Assembly (NCBI GenBank): GCA_963708075.1
Contig: OY970194.1
Location: 6,784,001-6,848,000, forward strand
Length of the DNA stretch: 64,000 bases
Direction: 5' to 3'
Source of the DNA: Sedimentisphaerales bacterium
GTDB taxonomy: Bacteria; Planctomycetota; Phycisphaerae; Sedimentisphaerales; Anaerobacaceae
The translations under genes and the position numbers were made by a program. Positions 42,890 through 54,161 of this stretch are shown here, piece after piece (positions within the stretch are counted from its first letter, which is position 1; each line of letters starts with the position of its first letter). A model generated the notes under the pieces. The model was not told the origin of the DNA, ran no database searches, and worked only from the letters and a program-made list of their open reading frames with translations.

Positions 42890-43290
42890 ATCTGGGTGTG
42901 GTCGGAATTCGGTGGCGGCGTGTAGCCGCCGTGTGCGGACTGCGCCTCTTTCGTCCCTTATGGGACTGGCTTTTGTCCTCGGCCCCGGTTCCCCAGCGAT
43001 CAATCGCTGGGCTATTCTCTATCGCCCTGCGGGCTTGGACTGCGCCATGGCTGAGCTTCGTGATACTGCCAAATTGAAGGCTATTCTCTATCGCCCTTGG
43101 GGCTTGGACTTCGCTTCAGTCCTCTTGCGTCGGCCCGTCCGCCCCACGGGGGCGATCGACACTAGCCCACCGTTTCAACGGTGGGTACGATAGTCAATCC
43201 TATCTCAAAGCCCCGCAGGGGCGAAAGAAGACTGGGCTGCGCTCTTGTGTCGGCTGGAATCCGAATCCGCCACCGAATGGCGGCCACACC
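42890..43290. repeat. Inverted second copy of composite REP/MITE modules B and A
   Basis: The reverse complement matches about 20510-20680 and about 20170-20335 over long stretches. Confidence 0.8.
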
Positions 43291-43318
43291 CCTCGATCTC
43301 GCCGTCTCTGATTTGACC

Positions 43319-43347
43319 TTGAACAAAACTGCTGCCCTGACTATACT
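43319..43347 (+). promoter_or_regulatory. sigma70 promoter of the tRNA gene
   Basis: TTGAAC-17 nt-TATACT. Confidence 0.7.
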
Positions 43348-43387
43348 CATAAGGGCCGGGGGCCGATATTGCCTTCGTGCGAATAAC

Positions 43388-43459
43388 GCCAACGTAGCTC
43401 AATGGTAGAGCTCTGGTTTTGTAAACCAGGGGTTGTGGGTTCGAATCCCACCGTTGGCT
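43388..43459 (+). tRNA. trnT: tRNA-Thr (anticodon TGT), CCA not encoded
   Basis: Acceptor stem GCCAACG/CGTTGGC; D-arm GCTC..GAGC; anticodon arm CTGGT-TTTGTAA-ACCAG; GGTTCGAATCC T-loop. Confidence 0.96.
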
Positions 43460-43553
43460 GTCCACTTTTCCCCAGGACAGCAGGCGCCAACTGGTCATTG
43501 TGTGTGCCTGACTTGCCCGTATCTGAGCACTTACGAATTGCAGACTCAGCTCT

Positions 43554-43715
43554 TCATGGTGGATCGTGCCAACGGTTGCCAACCGCGAGCCTTCCGAGCA
43601 AAGCTGTAGGTGTCGATTCGGGTGTCAACTCCTGTCGGCCATCGGCGCCGGTTGCCTTCCGGGTCTGATCGTCCACGAATGACAAGTCCGGCAAGCTCTT
43701 CATGGCTGCTTGAGG
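43554..43715 (-). pseudogene. Possible 3' remnant of a tRNA-associated tyrosine integrase
   Basis: Reads AAMKSLPDLS....RKATGADG and points toward the tRNA 3' end; similar to integrase tails recalled from Phycisphaerae (LPDL...RATGTD), not verified. Confidence 0.4.
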
Positions 43716-43768
43716 CACCAAGTGGTGGGGCCTGTGTCGGATGGACACAGGCCCCGCAACACATGATG

Positions 43769-46700
43769 TCATTCTGACGCGGGCTGGCCGTAGCCGATGT
43801 CATCGATGTAGATCAAGCCGCTGGCCTGCGAAGCAGGCTTGGCCTTGTCGCCCACGCCGATCACGATCTTCTTGATGCTGTTGGTCTTGACCCCGGCGGA
43901 GGTGAATGTGCTTAGTGGGATCTTCCACTGTGTCCAGGTGCCTGCTCCAACGGCAAGCGAATCGGTGTGAACTACCGTAGCCTTGTGGCCGCCCGTGTCC
44001 TCGACCGTGAGGTACAGCGGATCCGGCAGGTTGCCGGCCGGCTGTTCAACGGTCAACGACACCGATTCCCACTGGCCGGTCACGTTGCCTGTAGTGGTGA
44101 TGTTTGAGAACTCCGCCTGTGTGACTACGCCGGCGACATGGCTGGTTGCCGCCAGACCGATGTAGACCTGATCGCCCATCGCGATCGTCTGCGGGTTCCA
44201 CGGGTTCGCCACCCAGGTCGTGGGGGTTCTCACCCGTCGCATAGTAGACATTGAACAGATCACCCTTGCGTTCGAGCTTGATCCACAGGGGAATCTGGGC
44301 GGTCGTCTGCGCCGTCGGCAGCGTCAATGTCGTGTCGCTGGTAGCGGCGACGCTCATGGTCAGCCGCGCCTGGAAGTGCACGCCATTGGCAGGACTGGCC
44401 ATCGCCAGCGCCCAGGCCGAGCCTGCATCCAGGGTCCGCCGGATCATCACGCCGGCCTTGGCCCAGGGGTCGGTAGCGTCGAGGCGTTCAACTCTCGCGA
44501 CGATAGAACCATCGCCGGTGAGCTGCTTATAGACGAACCGGCCCTGGTCGGCCGTGCCCCAGATGTCCGTGCCCATACCATTCATCAGAATGTGCCCGTT
44601 GGCAGTCTGCACGAAACCGATGGGGGTGCCTCGCAAGTACAGGCTCAGCGTATCGGCCCCGTTGGCGGTCCAGTCCTGAGCCGTCTTCCAGGTCCGCTCG
44701 GCCTCTGAAGCGGGGAGGCTGGTGTTATCGTAGTACAGGGGCATGGATTGCCTGCCGCCATGGACGATCGCAGTCTCGGCAATCGTTTTGCCGAAGTGCA
44801 CGCCGCCGGAGGTCCAGATGTCGTGTCCGACACCCGAGCCGGTGCCATTGCCGGGATTGTCCGTCGGGAAGAACTCGTCCGCCGAGAAGCCATAGCCGTC
44901 GATCCACGCCTGGAACAGACGATTCGGCGAGTCGTTAGTGTAGCTCTCGAAATCCTCGATGACTACGTACTCCACAGTGGAGAAACTCCAGACGTCGCTT
45001 TCCCATGTGGTGGGACTGGCGGCCTGGTTGACCTCGACGACTTTCCAGTAGTAGGTCGCGCCCAGCTCCAAGGCTGAAGGCGCGTATCTGGCCTCGGTCC
45101 GTGTGACTGCCGGGGCTGTGCCATCCGCCACGGCATTGCTGTCGGTGCTCAGATACACCTGGTGTGAGACGGCCTCCCGGCCCGCTCGCCAACTCAGCAC
45201 GATATCCGGACCTGTGCCTGTGGCGCCGGAGGCCGGCTTAGGCTCTCGTGCACTCACCGGCACATGATAGAATCGCACCTCGCTCAAGCCGAACTGAGGG
45301 AACAGCCCGCCGCTCCAATTGCTGTTGATGGTCAGCTTGACGTACTTGGCCGCCGCACCACCGAAATCGACAGTGGTGCTGTATGCGTACCCAGATGTGC
45401 CGGGGGCTTTGGCGAACTCGGGTACACCCTCCAAAGCGCTCCAGTTGTTTGCATCGGTGGAGTACTCGACGGTGACGCTCTTGGCTCCCAGACCCGCCAA
45501 TGCCTCGATCAACTGATTGGAGTTCCAGACCTGCATCTCCTGCAGCTTGTAGACGCGGTCAAACTCATACTGAATCCAGGCCGGTTGCGGCGCTGTGCTG
45601 TTGCTGAGCCACATGGTGTCGGCGGCCGTCCCATGCAAATCATCGGCATCCAGGCCGGAACCGTCGATGGTCTTCTCCGGTCCCGTGTCGGCCGTGTGCG
45701 AGCTGGAGGCCGTAGCCACGATCCCCGTGAGCGGATATGCATACGGCTCGACTGTGAAGCTCCACACGCTACCCTTGAAGACCGTGGAATCGGGCGCCGC
45801 ATTAACCTCGTCCACGCGCCAGTAGTAGGTCTGACCGAATTCGAGAAGCCCGGCCGGATCAAAGGTATTGGCATCCTGGCCCGCGCTGGCCAATACGCTC
45901 AGCGAATTGGCAGCCGTAGCCGAATCGACGTCGGCCTGGCTGGTCCCGAAGTAAACATCATGCTTGCCGGCGGAGGCCGCAGGCTTCCAGCCCAGGATCA
46001 CGTCCCGCAGTACATCCGTCGCTTTATTGGCAGGACTCGGATTCTTCGCTTGGGTCGGCTTCGACAGACCCTGGTCGCCATCCCACCAAATCTCATCGGC
46101 ATAGATTCTGGTTGCCTGCCCTGTTCCGGTCGGATTGGCAAAGATCATGCCGTTGAGAGAGCCGGGTGTCGTGACTCCGAAGGCAATACCGCTCTTGACC
46201 ATGTCTACCGAGGTCGGCCGGGTAGCCGCTCCGGCCGGCGCCGCGGCCTTACTGAGATACAGATCGAAGGTATCGGTCCCATGATCGGCCACAATCCAGA
46301 CGTTGTACCATTGGCTGCGTGCCAGACCGGTCTTGAGAACCGTCGCACCGTCCGTTGTGGCGAGGTCAAATCCCGTGCCGTTGTCCACGAGCTTGAATCC
46401 GGCCGGGACGATCTTCGGATCCCCGGCCTTCGCGCTGGTGAGGGGGTTGGTGGTCGTATCGGAAATCAAACCCATATGGGCACGTATGTTGCCGCCTGTG
46501 GTCATCATGAACCGGAAGAACCCTACTCCCGTCTCCCCATCATCGATCGGATTGCTTATGGCGTTGAATCCGATGGCGCGTACCAGTGTGCCGGAACTGT
46601 GGCCAATGACAGACGCGGTAGTACTTCCGTCCTGGGTCGGCAGGCCGGCGTTGCCGGTGGCTTCGCCCTCCGTATCCAAGGTGCCTCCCAGCACTCCGTT

Positions 46701-46832
46701 GCAGGCCTGGCCATCGGGCTGGCCCGTGAGACCATCGAAATTTGCCACCAGTTTCAGTTCCGCCTGGGCGGTTGTGCTCACCAGCACCACCGCCAGGATT
46801 GCCGCCACGTTCCTCATCAATCTTTTCATCAT
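43769..46832 (-). CDS. Large secreted protein (unique N-domain, FN3-like, discoidin, CBM-like with insert), split by a +1 frameshift at 44222-44226
   Basis: ORFs 44046-46832 and 43769-44263 join if one base of the G5 run is removed; paralogue of 46978-49977. Confidence 0.85.
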
Positions 46833-46977
46833 CCCAACCCTTCAAAACAGATGTAAGTCACTGTTGCCCAGTAATCCGAAGAGCGGGGCCCAAGCCTTCC
46901 GGCACGAGCCCCGCCCAGTATGATCTATGCGATCCATCTCAGGTGTTATCATACCCGAAAGCGGTCATCCATTCAAG

Positions 46978-49977
46978 CTACTGGCCCGCGGCGGAACGGC
47001 CGTAGCCGATGTCGTCGATGTAGATCAAGCCGGTAGCACCGGAGGCAGGCTTGGTCTTGTCACCCACGCCGATCACCATCTTCTTGATGCTATCGGTCTT
47101 CACGCCGGCCGAGGTGAACGTGCTCAGCGGAATACTCCACTGCGTCCAGGCGCCTGCTCCAGCGGCATATGGGTCGGTATGGACCACCGTGGCCTTGTGG
47201 CCGCCGCTATCCTCGACTGTGAGGTAGAGCGCATCCAGCAGGTTGCCGGCCGGCTGCTCGATACCGAGCGATTCCGATTGCCACTGGCCTGTCACGTTGC
47301 CTGTGGTGGCAACACCGGAGAACTCCGCCTGTGCGGCCACGCCGGCGGCGTGGCTGGTCACCGCCAGACCAATGTAGATGCTGACGCCCATGGCGATCGT
47401 CTGCGGATTCCACACCATCGGCTTCCAGACGGTGCCTGCGGCATCCGTGGCATAGTAGCCATTGAACTGATCGCCCTTGCGTTCGAGCTTGATCCAGGCC
47501 GGGGTACGGATGGCCATCTGCTCCGCCGTCGCTATGAGGGTGTCGCTCGCCCCTGCGCCGGCGGTTGTCGGCCGCGTCTGGAATCGAACGCCATTTTCGC
47601 CGGCCCAGCACACGTACGCCCAAACGGAGGACGGGTCCAGAGTATGGCGGATCATCACGCCAGCCTTCGCCCATGCATTCGTGTTATCCAGGCGATCCAC
47701 TCTGGCGATAATAGATCCGTCGCCGGTGAGCTGCTTGTAGACGAACCGGCCCTGGTCGGTCGTGCTGTAGATGTCCGCGCCCACGCCGCTCATCAGGATG
47801 TGGTCCGGCGAGAGCTCCGCGAAGCCCACGGGACTGCCTCGGAAGTACAGACTCAGCGTGTCGGCCCTGTTGGTGGTCCAATCCTGAGCCGTCTTCCAGG
47901 TCCGTTCGGCCTCGGAAGTGGGGACGCTGGTGTTACTGTAATACAGGGGCATGGATTGCCTGCCGCCATGGATGATCGTGGTCTCGGCAATCGTTCTGCC
48001 GTAGTGTACGCCGCCAGAGGTCCAGATATCGTGTCCGACGCCCGAGCCTGTGCCATTGCCGGGATTGTCCGTCGGGAAGAACTCGTCTGCCGAGAAGCCA
48101 TAGCCATCGATCCACGCCTGGAACATGCGGTTCGGCGACTCATTGGCGTAGCTCTCGAAATCATCGATGGGAAGGTAGTTGACAATCGTGAAGCTCCAGA
48201 CGTCGCTTTCCCACATGGTGGGGTTGGCAGCCTCGTTGACCTCGACGACTTTCCAGTAGTAGGTCATGCCCAGCTCCAAGGCTGAAGGAGCGTAGCTGGC
48301 CTCGGTCCGTGTGACTGCCGGGGCTGTGTTGTCGGCCACGGCATTGCTGTCGGTGCTCAGATACACCTGGTGTGAGACAGCCTCCCGGCCCGCTCGCCAG
48401 CTCAGCACAATATCCGGACCTGTGCCTGTGGCGCCGGAGGCCGGCTTAGGCTCTCGTGCACTCACCGGCACATGATAGAATCGCACCTCGCTCAAGCCGA
48501 ACTGAGGGAACAGGCCGCCGCTCCAATTGCTGTTGATGGTCAGCTTGACGTACTTGGCGGCCGCACCACCGAAATCGACGGTGGTGTTGTGGGCGTACCC
48601 GGGTGCGCCGGGGGCCCTGGTAAACTCCGGCACGCCGGCCAGCGTTGTCCAGGCAGTCCCATCAGTGGAGTACTCGATCGTGACGCTCTTGGCTCCCAGA
48701 CCCGCCAGTGCCTCGATCAACTGATTGGAGTTCCATACCCACATCTCCTGCAGCTTGTAGACGCGGTCGAACTCATATTGGATCCAGGCGGGCTTAGGTC
48801 CCGCAGCACTGCTGACCCACACAGTATTATCGGTGATGCCATGCAGGTCGGCGGCATCCAGGCCGGAGCCGTCGATGGTCTTCTCTGGTCCTGTATCGGC
48901 GGTGTACACACTGGAGGCCGTAGCCACGATGCCCGTAAGCGGATATGCATACGGCTCCGAGGTAAAGCTCCACACGTTACCCTTGAAGACCGTGGAATCC
49001 GGCGCCGCGTTGACCTCATCGACGCGCCAGTAGTAGGTCTGACCGAATTCCAGCAGCCCGGCCGGATCGAAGGTATTGGCATCCTGGCCTGCCTTGGCCA
49101 GCACGCCCAGCGGATTGGCGGCGCCGGCGGTGTTGACGTCGGCAAACGATACCCCGAAATACACATCATGGGTGGCGGCGAACGGCCCGGGCGTCCAGCT
49201 CAGAACCACGTCGCCGGGCACATCGGTCTGTCCATCCGCCGGGAATGGACCTTTGGCGAGCTCGGCGCCGCTGTCGCGGCCTGACATTATCACCTGAATC
49301 TGCGCTTCCGGCAGAGCCCCGTTATAGACGCGCACATCATCGAGCATTCCATTGAAATACCATCGGGGGGTGCTTCCGTTTCTGTCTTCTCTTCCGATTG
49401 CGGCGGGCAGAGTCGAGTTGTCGATCGGCTCGCCCCGGTCCTGGTTCGCCGGGCCGTTGAGTTGCCCGTTGATATAGAAGTTCGTCAGGTCTCCCTGAAT
49501 CGTCACAGCCACATGGGTCCACTCGTTCAGGCGAACGGAAGTGGTGGAAAAGACGGATGTGTCGTTTCCGGTCCAGAGCAGATTGGGAGGAGTCGTGTCC
49601 CCCTTGATCGACAGGGAGTAAGCGGCTCTCCATTCCCCCTTGGTGAAGATGGCGTTGTGGTTCTTGGTCACGGCCGGATTGACCCAGGCCGCGATGGTCG
49701 CCTGGCCGGCGCCGCTCAGATCCAGAGCGGCAGGATTCCCCAGATCGATATAGTCATCGGTGCCGTCGGCTTGCCATGCACCGCCGATCTTCCCGGTCAC
49801 CCACGTCCCGCCCCCTCGGACAGTACCGTTGACTCCGCTGCTGCTGGAGTCGGCGGCAATTGTGCCGGAGGTTTCATCGAGCTTCCAGTGGCCAACGAGG
49901 GCGCCCCAGGTAGTGCTGCCCAGTGCGACTGCCATCGCCACGGCACAGAGCGTCAGGTGTTGTGATTTCTTACCCAT
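46978..49977 (-). CDS. Large secreted protein, 999 aa (LamG, FN3-like, discoidin, CBM-like with insert)
   Basis: Signal peptide; LVGHWKLDE LamG; discoidin motif; C-terminal IGVGD...IYIDDI; AGGAGG RBS. Confidence 0.9.
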   Translation of the reverse strand: MGKKSQHLTLCAVAMAVALGSTTWGALVGHWKLDETSGTIAADSSSSGVNGTVRGGGTWVTGKIGGAWQADGTDDYIDLGNPAALDLSGAGQATIAAWVNPAVTKNHNAIFTKGEWRAAYSLSIKGDTTPPNLLWTGNDTSVFSTTSVRLNEWTHVAVTIQGDLTNFYINGQLNGPANQDRGEPIDNSTLPAAIGREDRNGSTPRWYFNGMLDDVRVYNGALPEAQIQVIMSGRDSGAELAKGPFPADGQTDVPGDVVLSWTPGPFAATHDVYFGVSFADVNTAGAANPLGVLAKAGQDANTFDPAGLLEFGQTYYWRVDEVNAAPDSTVFKGNVWSFTSEPYAYPLTGIVATASSVYTADTGPEKTIDGSGLDAADLHGITDNTVWVSSAAGPKPAWIQYEFDRVYKLQEMWVWNSNQLIEALAGLGAKSVTIEYSTDGTAWTTLAGVPEFTRAPGAPGYAHNTTVDFGGAAAKYVKLTINSNWSGGLFPQFGLSEVRFYHVPVSAREPKPASGATGTGPDIVLSWRAGREAVSHQVYLSTDSNAVADNTAPAVTRTEASYAPSALELGMTYYWKVVEVNEAANPTMWESDVWSFTIVNYLPIDDFESYANESPNRMFQAWIDGYGFSADEFFPTDNPGNGTGSGVGHDIWTSGGVHYGRTIAETTIIHGGRQSMPLYYSNTSVPTSEAERTWKTAQDWTTNRADTLSLYFRGSPVGFAELSPDHILMSGVGADIYSTTDQGRFVYKQLTGDGSIIARVDRLDNTNAWAKAGVMIRHTLDPSSVWAYVCWAGENGVRFQTRPTTAGAGASDTLIATAEQMAIRTPAWIKLERKGDQFNGYYATDAAGTVWKPMVWNPQTIAMGVSIYIGLAVTSHAAGVAAQAEFSGVATTGNVTGQWQSESLGIEQPAGNLLDALYLTVEDSGGHKATVVHTDPYAAGAGAWTQWSIPLSTFTSAGVKTDSIKKMVIGVGDKTKPASGATGLIYIDDIGYGRSAAGQ

Positions 49978-50139
49978 GACTATCCTCCTTCAAAGATGGA
50001 AAACAAGATGCTTATGCGACAGTTGTACGGCCTGTCTTCTTCGGGCCTTGCGAACAAGGCCGGTGTGACCTCCACCGATGTTCAGCCGGGAGACTGCAGG
50101 AGCTGCGGCTGAACCAGAATACCCATTCACTTGATTGTC

Positions 50140-51972
50140 TTACTGAGCTTCTCTGCCCGTGCCGGCATCTTTCTCTCTCATCAGCTCCAAAGCCGGCTCG
50201 GCAAACATGGCCCAGCAGTAGCGATACGCGCCGGGGTTTGTCGTGGCTAATGTCAGAAAACGATCACGAGGACCGATTGAAACGTCGATGGGTTCGGACT
50301 GAGCAGGCACGACGCCCAGCGTTCTGGAGAACCGGGGCCGGCCATCCACCAGGACCCAGAACGTCACCCCGATGGTATTGGGGTCGGCATCGCGCTCGGC
50401 AAAGCGGACTACGTTCTCCGACACTCCGCAGCGAGCGTGAAAACGACTGATCGCCGCCTCCGGCATTGCATTACGGATCGCGTCCAAGTCGAATGTAATC
50501 CCGGCGTTGGGGTGCATTCCTATGGAGGGATTGGCCCTTGTGTCGTAAATCCGCCCGGCTAACTGTCCGTAATGGACCTCTCCTGAGGAGCCGACCTGGA
50601 ATGTGGCCCCATTGACGATCGATTCGTAGCTCGTGCCGGACGTCCTGGGACATTGCTCGAAGCGAATGCCCGTGGAGGTGACGATCGCGGAGCCATCATT
50701 GCTGTCGGGGACGAACACGCCGTCAATGAATGGCAGCGACGGCACAGGCATGAACCCATTGTCGTTCTTCCTCAGGATCGTTCGGCGGGATGCGATCTGA
50801 CCCGTGGAGGCATCGATGCCCTGCCCCCAGACGCCGGTATCCAGACCATTGCCTGCCCCGACCATGTCCGCCAGGCTCAATCGTCTGCCCGGAATGGCAA
50901 ACCCGTCTCGCGCGGGGATGGTGCGAACGAACAGATGAGGCCTTTGCTGCACGGGGACTCGCCGGGTCTGCCCGTTGGCTGCGACAGTCATCGCTTCGTT
51001 CTTAACCAGCCTTTGGGGCTGCACCACGGAACCGGCGCCGGCACGCTCAAAATCGATTCGGCCATCGAAGACATGCACCTCGGTGTTGCCGGCATTGCCT
51101 GCCAGCAGCCCGAATTCCGTTCCAAAATCGACAATGCTGGAGTCGGGCGTTTTGACGGCGAATCCCGTTGCGGAGGGGGGCACCTTGGCGGTGATCCAGC
51201 CGCTTTCCAGAAACATGCGGTTGGCGTTGCGCAGGTTGAATGTGCTCGGGGCCTGCAGAATGACCTCAGCGCCTTTCTTCAGCTTGATCCGGGCATACCC
51301 CTCTTCCAGCGTCATCAGGCCTGTTCGTAACTTGCCTGTCTGGTCGATGGGGATGTCCCACTTGGCATTGGCCGAATCCACGAGTATGCCCAGGGTCCGG
51401 TTCGCGTAGATATAGAGACCGAGAGCCGCAAGGATGCCCAACGCAAACAGACAGATAGCCGCCGTTTTGACCAGCCTGGCCCCGACAGCCGCGAATCGCT
51501 GCGCGGCCTGGGTGGCTTCGCAGATACCGGACCATAAGTCCCACCGCGCCGGAGTCTGTGACTGTGACTGGGCCCGTTGTTCCTCGGCGAGAAAAGCAGC
51601 AAGCTGCTGGCTCGCGTAGCGTTCGATCCGGCGAATTCTGTCCTCCTCGGAGGTTTCAGGGCCGACACGAGGAGCATCGGTGTTTTCCCGTCCATGTGCC
51701 TTCGGCGCCGGACACTCTACTATGCGGGATGACGTCTCCCGCTGCGTCTGAGGCTCATTGGCGCCCATCAGGGTCTCGGCCTTCGGCAGGCTCCCCACGA
51801 GATCCATCAGACCGACATAGGTGGTGATAAACTCCACGTAATAAGCGCGAGCCTCACGGTTCGTGGTGATCTCGTGATCAAGGACGGCGAACTGCTCAGG
51901 CGAGATCGTGCCATCGAGAGAGCGGACGATCCATTCCGCGAAGTCCCGTGGAATCGGATTCCCCTGGCTCAT
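50140..51972 (-). CDS. FecR-like anti-sigma factor with a transmembrane segment and C-terminal NPCBM/NEW2-like domain
   Basis: GFAVKTP...IVDFGTEFG...EVHVFDG; HPNAGITFDL, FWVLVDG, FLTLATT. Confidence 0.85.
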   Translation of the reverse strand: MSQGNPIPRDFAEWIVRSLDGTISPEQFAVLDHEITTNREARAYYVEFITTYVGLMDLVGSLPKAETLMGANEPQTQRETSSRIVECPAPKAHGRENTDAPRVGPETSEEDRIRRIERYASQQLAAFLAEEQRAQSQSQTPARWDLWSGICEATQAAQRFAAVGARLVKTAAICLFALGILAALGLYIYANRTLGILVDSANAKWDIPIDQTGKLRTGLMTLEEGYARIKLKKGAEVILQAPSTFNLRNANRMFLESGWITAKVPPSATGFAVKTPDSSIVDFGTEFGLLAGNAGNTEVHVFDGRIDFERAGAGSVVQPQRLVKNEAMTVAANGQTRRVPVQQRPHLFVRTIPARDGFAIPGRRLSLADMVGAGNGLDTGVWGQGIDASTGQIASRRTILRKNDNGFMPVPSLPFIDGVFVPDSNDGSAIVTSTGIRFEQCPRTSGTSYESIVNGATFQVGSSGEVHYGQLAGRIYDTRANPSIGMHPNAGITFDLDAIRNAMPEAAISRFHARCGVSENVVRFAERDADPNTIGVTFWVLVDGRPRFSRTLGVVPAQSEPIDVSIGPRDRFLTLATTNPGAYRYCWAMFAEPALELMREKDAGTGREAQ

Positions 51973-52496
51973 GCGAATTCCTCTTGGCTGATGGTCTTAC
52001 GAACGCATCGAAGCAGCGCGTCGTGGATTCGGGCGATCCTCTTGTAGATGCCCTGAATGGACCGGCCCATCTGTTCGGCAATGCTCTTGACGCTCGCTTC
52101 GTCCCGGTACCGCAGGCAAATCAACTCGTAGTCCTTCTGACTGAGCTTATCGATGCAACTGCGCAGGGCCTGCATCCGGCTGTCGGTCTGCTCGATGAAC
52201 GGCTCGGACTCATCGTGGAGCAGGTCCATGGCCGCCTGGCTCAGGAGAATGCTTCGCGTGGAGTGCCGCTTGCGAACGCTGAGGATTTGATATTTGGCCA
52301 CGGTAATCCCCCACGCTACAAAGCTGGTGCCCCGCACGAAATTATCGAACTTGGACCACATCAGCAGCACCGTTTCCTGGAACAGATCATCCGCGTCCAC
52401 CTGGTTGGGAACCATCGCCAGGATAAAGGCATAGATCCGCTTCTGGTTTGCCATGAGCAACCGCAGAAACTCGTTTGTCTTCGAAGACTCAGTCAT
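51969..52496 (-). CDS. ECF sigma-70 factor
   Basis: Q.RIYAFI...V....DADDLFQET...W.KF..F..GT.F.AW; L.RIH..L..C; overlaps the anti-sigma start. Confidence 0.9.
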   Translation of the reverse strand: MTESSKTNEFLRLLMANQKRIYAFILAMVPNQVDADDLFQETVLLMWSKFDNFVRGTSFVAWGITVAKYQILSVRKRHSTRSILLSQAAMDLLHDESEPFIEQTDSRMQALRSCIDKLSQKDYELICLRYRDEASVKSIAEQMGRSIQGIYKRIARIHDALLRCVRKTISQEEFA

Positions 52497-52826
52497 AAAT
52501 CTTTCCGTACGGGAATATCCCGAGGGGTGGCAGATTCTACCACGAAAAACCCTCCTGGTTCGTTTTTTTGCCCTCAGGAGCAAGCAGGAATGCCTTACTC
52601 GGCTCTTCATTGTGCGGGAACAAGACTTCGGCTACAGTGACGGCCAGGATGGGCGGCTGCACCCGTGGCGCCTCAGGGTCGGATAGTCTGGGGAGAAAAA
52701 ACCACGAAGACGGATATTCCTTTATAGGAACAACCTGCTGTGGTTGCCGCCCGATCATACGCGCAGGGACTGAACTGACGCCAAATATGCGTAATGGATT
52801 CTCGTGGAGAGATGAGATGGAACGGA

Positions 52827-54161
52827 TGAATCGCAAGGCAGTTCGCCATATTGGCGGATGGACGGGCCCATGCGTGTTGCTTCTAACCATGCCCCTGCTC
52901 GCGCAGCAAGGTGAGCTTCCCCGGTTGCCGCGAGAACAATGGGGAGCCCCGCTGGTCACTGTGTCTCATGCTGGAACCCACTGGATCATCGCAGGCAGGA
53001 CGCAGAAAGTCACCCTTGACGAGAACCGACACGGGGCAGTTCGTCTTCTTGAAGGAGAAGATCGCCCGCGAGCCCCTCGTGGCGCAGTTGATCGGCACGC
53101 CTCACGCGCGGCAGCATGCCCTGCGGAATTACAGGCCCGGCGGGCATCGCTACGACCCGAACAACCCAGACCGGAACTACCGTCTGACAACCTTTGACGA
53201 GCTGGCGAAGCAGCTTCGCGAGATGAAGGCCGGAGGCGTCGAGCGGGCCTGCGTCACGCTGGCAGGCTGGCCCTACCTTGGGTATGACCGCCAGCATCCG
53301 GATGTCTTGCCGCCCGCGCCGGCTGCCGGCGGCTGGGAAGGTTTGAAACGATGGGTCGATACGTGCAAGGAGCTTGGATACATCTATAACCTGCACGATC
53401 AGTACCGCGACTATTACGTGGACGCCCCGTCCTATGATCCGCAGTTCGCCGTCCACGAGGAGGACGCGGTGAGCCGGCCCACGGCTTTTCCCGGCACCCG
53501 GTTCGGGACCTGGAAGGAGGGCTGCATCCCGTTCATGGATTACTGGGATGGTGGCAAGATGGCGTATATGAATGCCCGGCTCGCACTGCCGCACATGGTC
53601 AAGAACTATCAGTTGATGTTCGATCAGGGTATCAAGATGCAGGGCAGCTATCTGGACGTGTTCGGGTATGTGCCTCCGACGGAGGACTTCAATCCGGAGC
53701 ATCCAGTGACGCGGGCCGACTCCATGAAGTGCCGAGCGGAGTGTTTCTATTGGGCTCGCAATAACCTGGGCATCGTCGGCACCGAGGCGGGCGCGGATTG
53801 GGTGGTCCCATACGTGGACTACTCCTCCGACGCGAAGGCGGGCCAATGCATTTCGGCGCCACTGTACAACCTGGTCTATCATGATGCGATCATGACCCCG
53901 GAGGGCGGAACGGGGGACCATCTGCGATGCCTCCTGAACGGCGGCTATCCCAATGTCGGACGCGATGACGAGAGTATGCAGCGGATGCGACAGATCGCGG
54001 CTCTGCACAAGAGGGTTGCCCTGCTGGAGATGACTAATCACGAGTTCCTGGACAAGAACTACCGCAAGGAGCGCAGCACCTTCGCCGATGGCACGACCGT
54101 GACCATCGACAGAGACGCCCGCACATTCGAGATCAAGCCGGCCCTGGAGCTTTCGAAATGA
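52827..54161 (+). pseudogene. GH129/DUF5696-like glycoside hydrolase with a frameshift and probable internal deletion near 53025
   Basis: Signal-peptide frame ends ...KVTLDE and switches frame to DTGQFVFLKEKIA; GW...GYDRQHPD.LPP, HDQYRDYY, YLDVF motifs. Confidence 0.65.
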
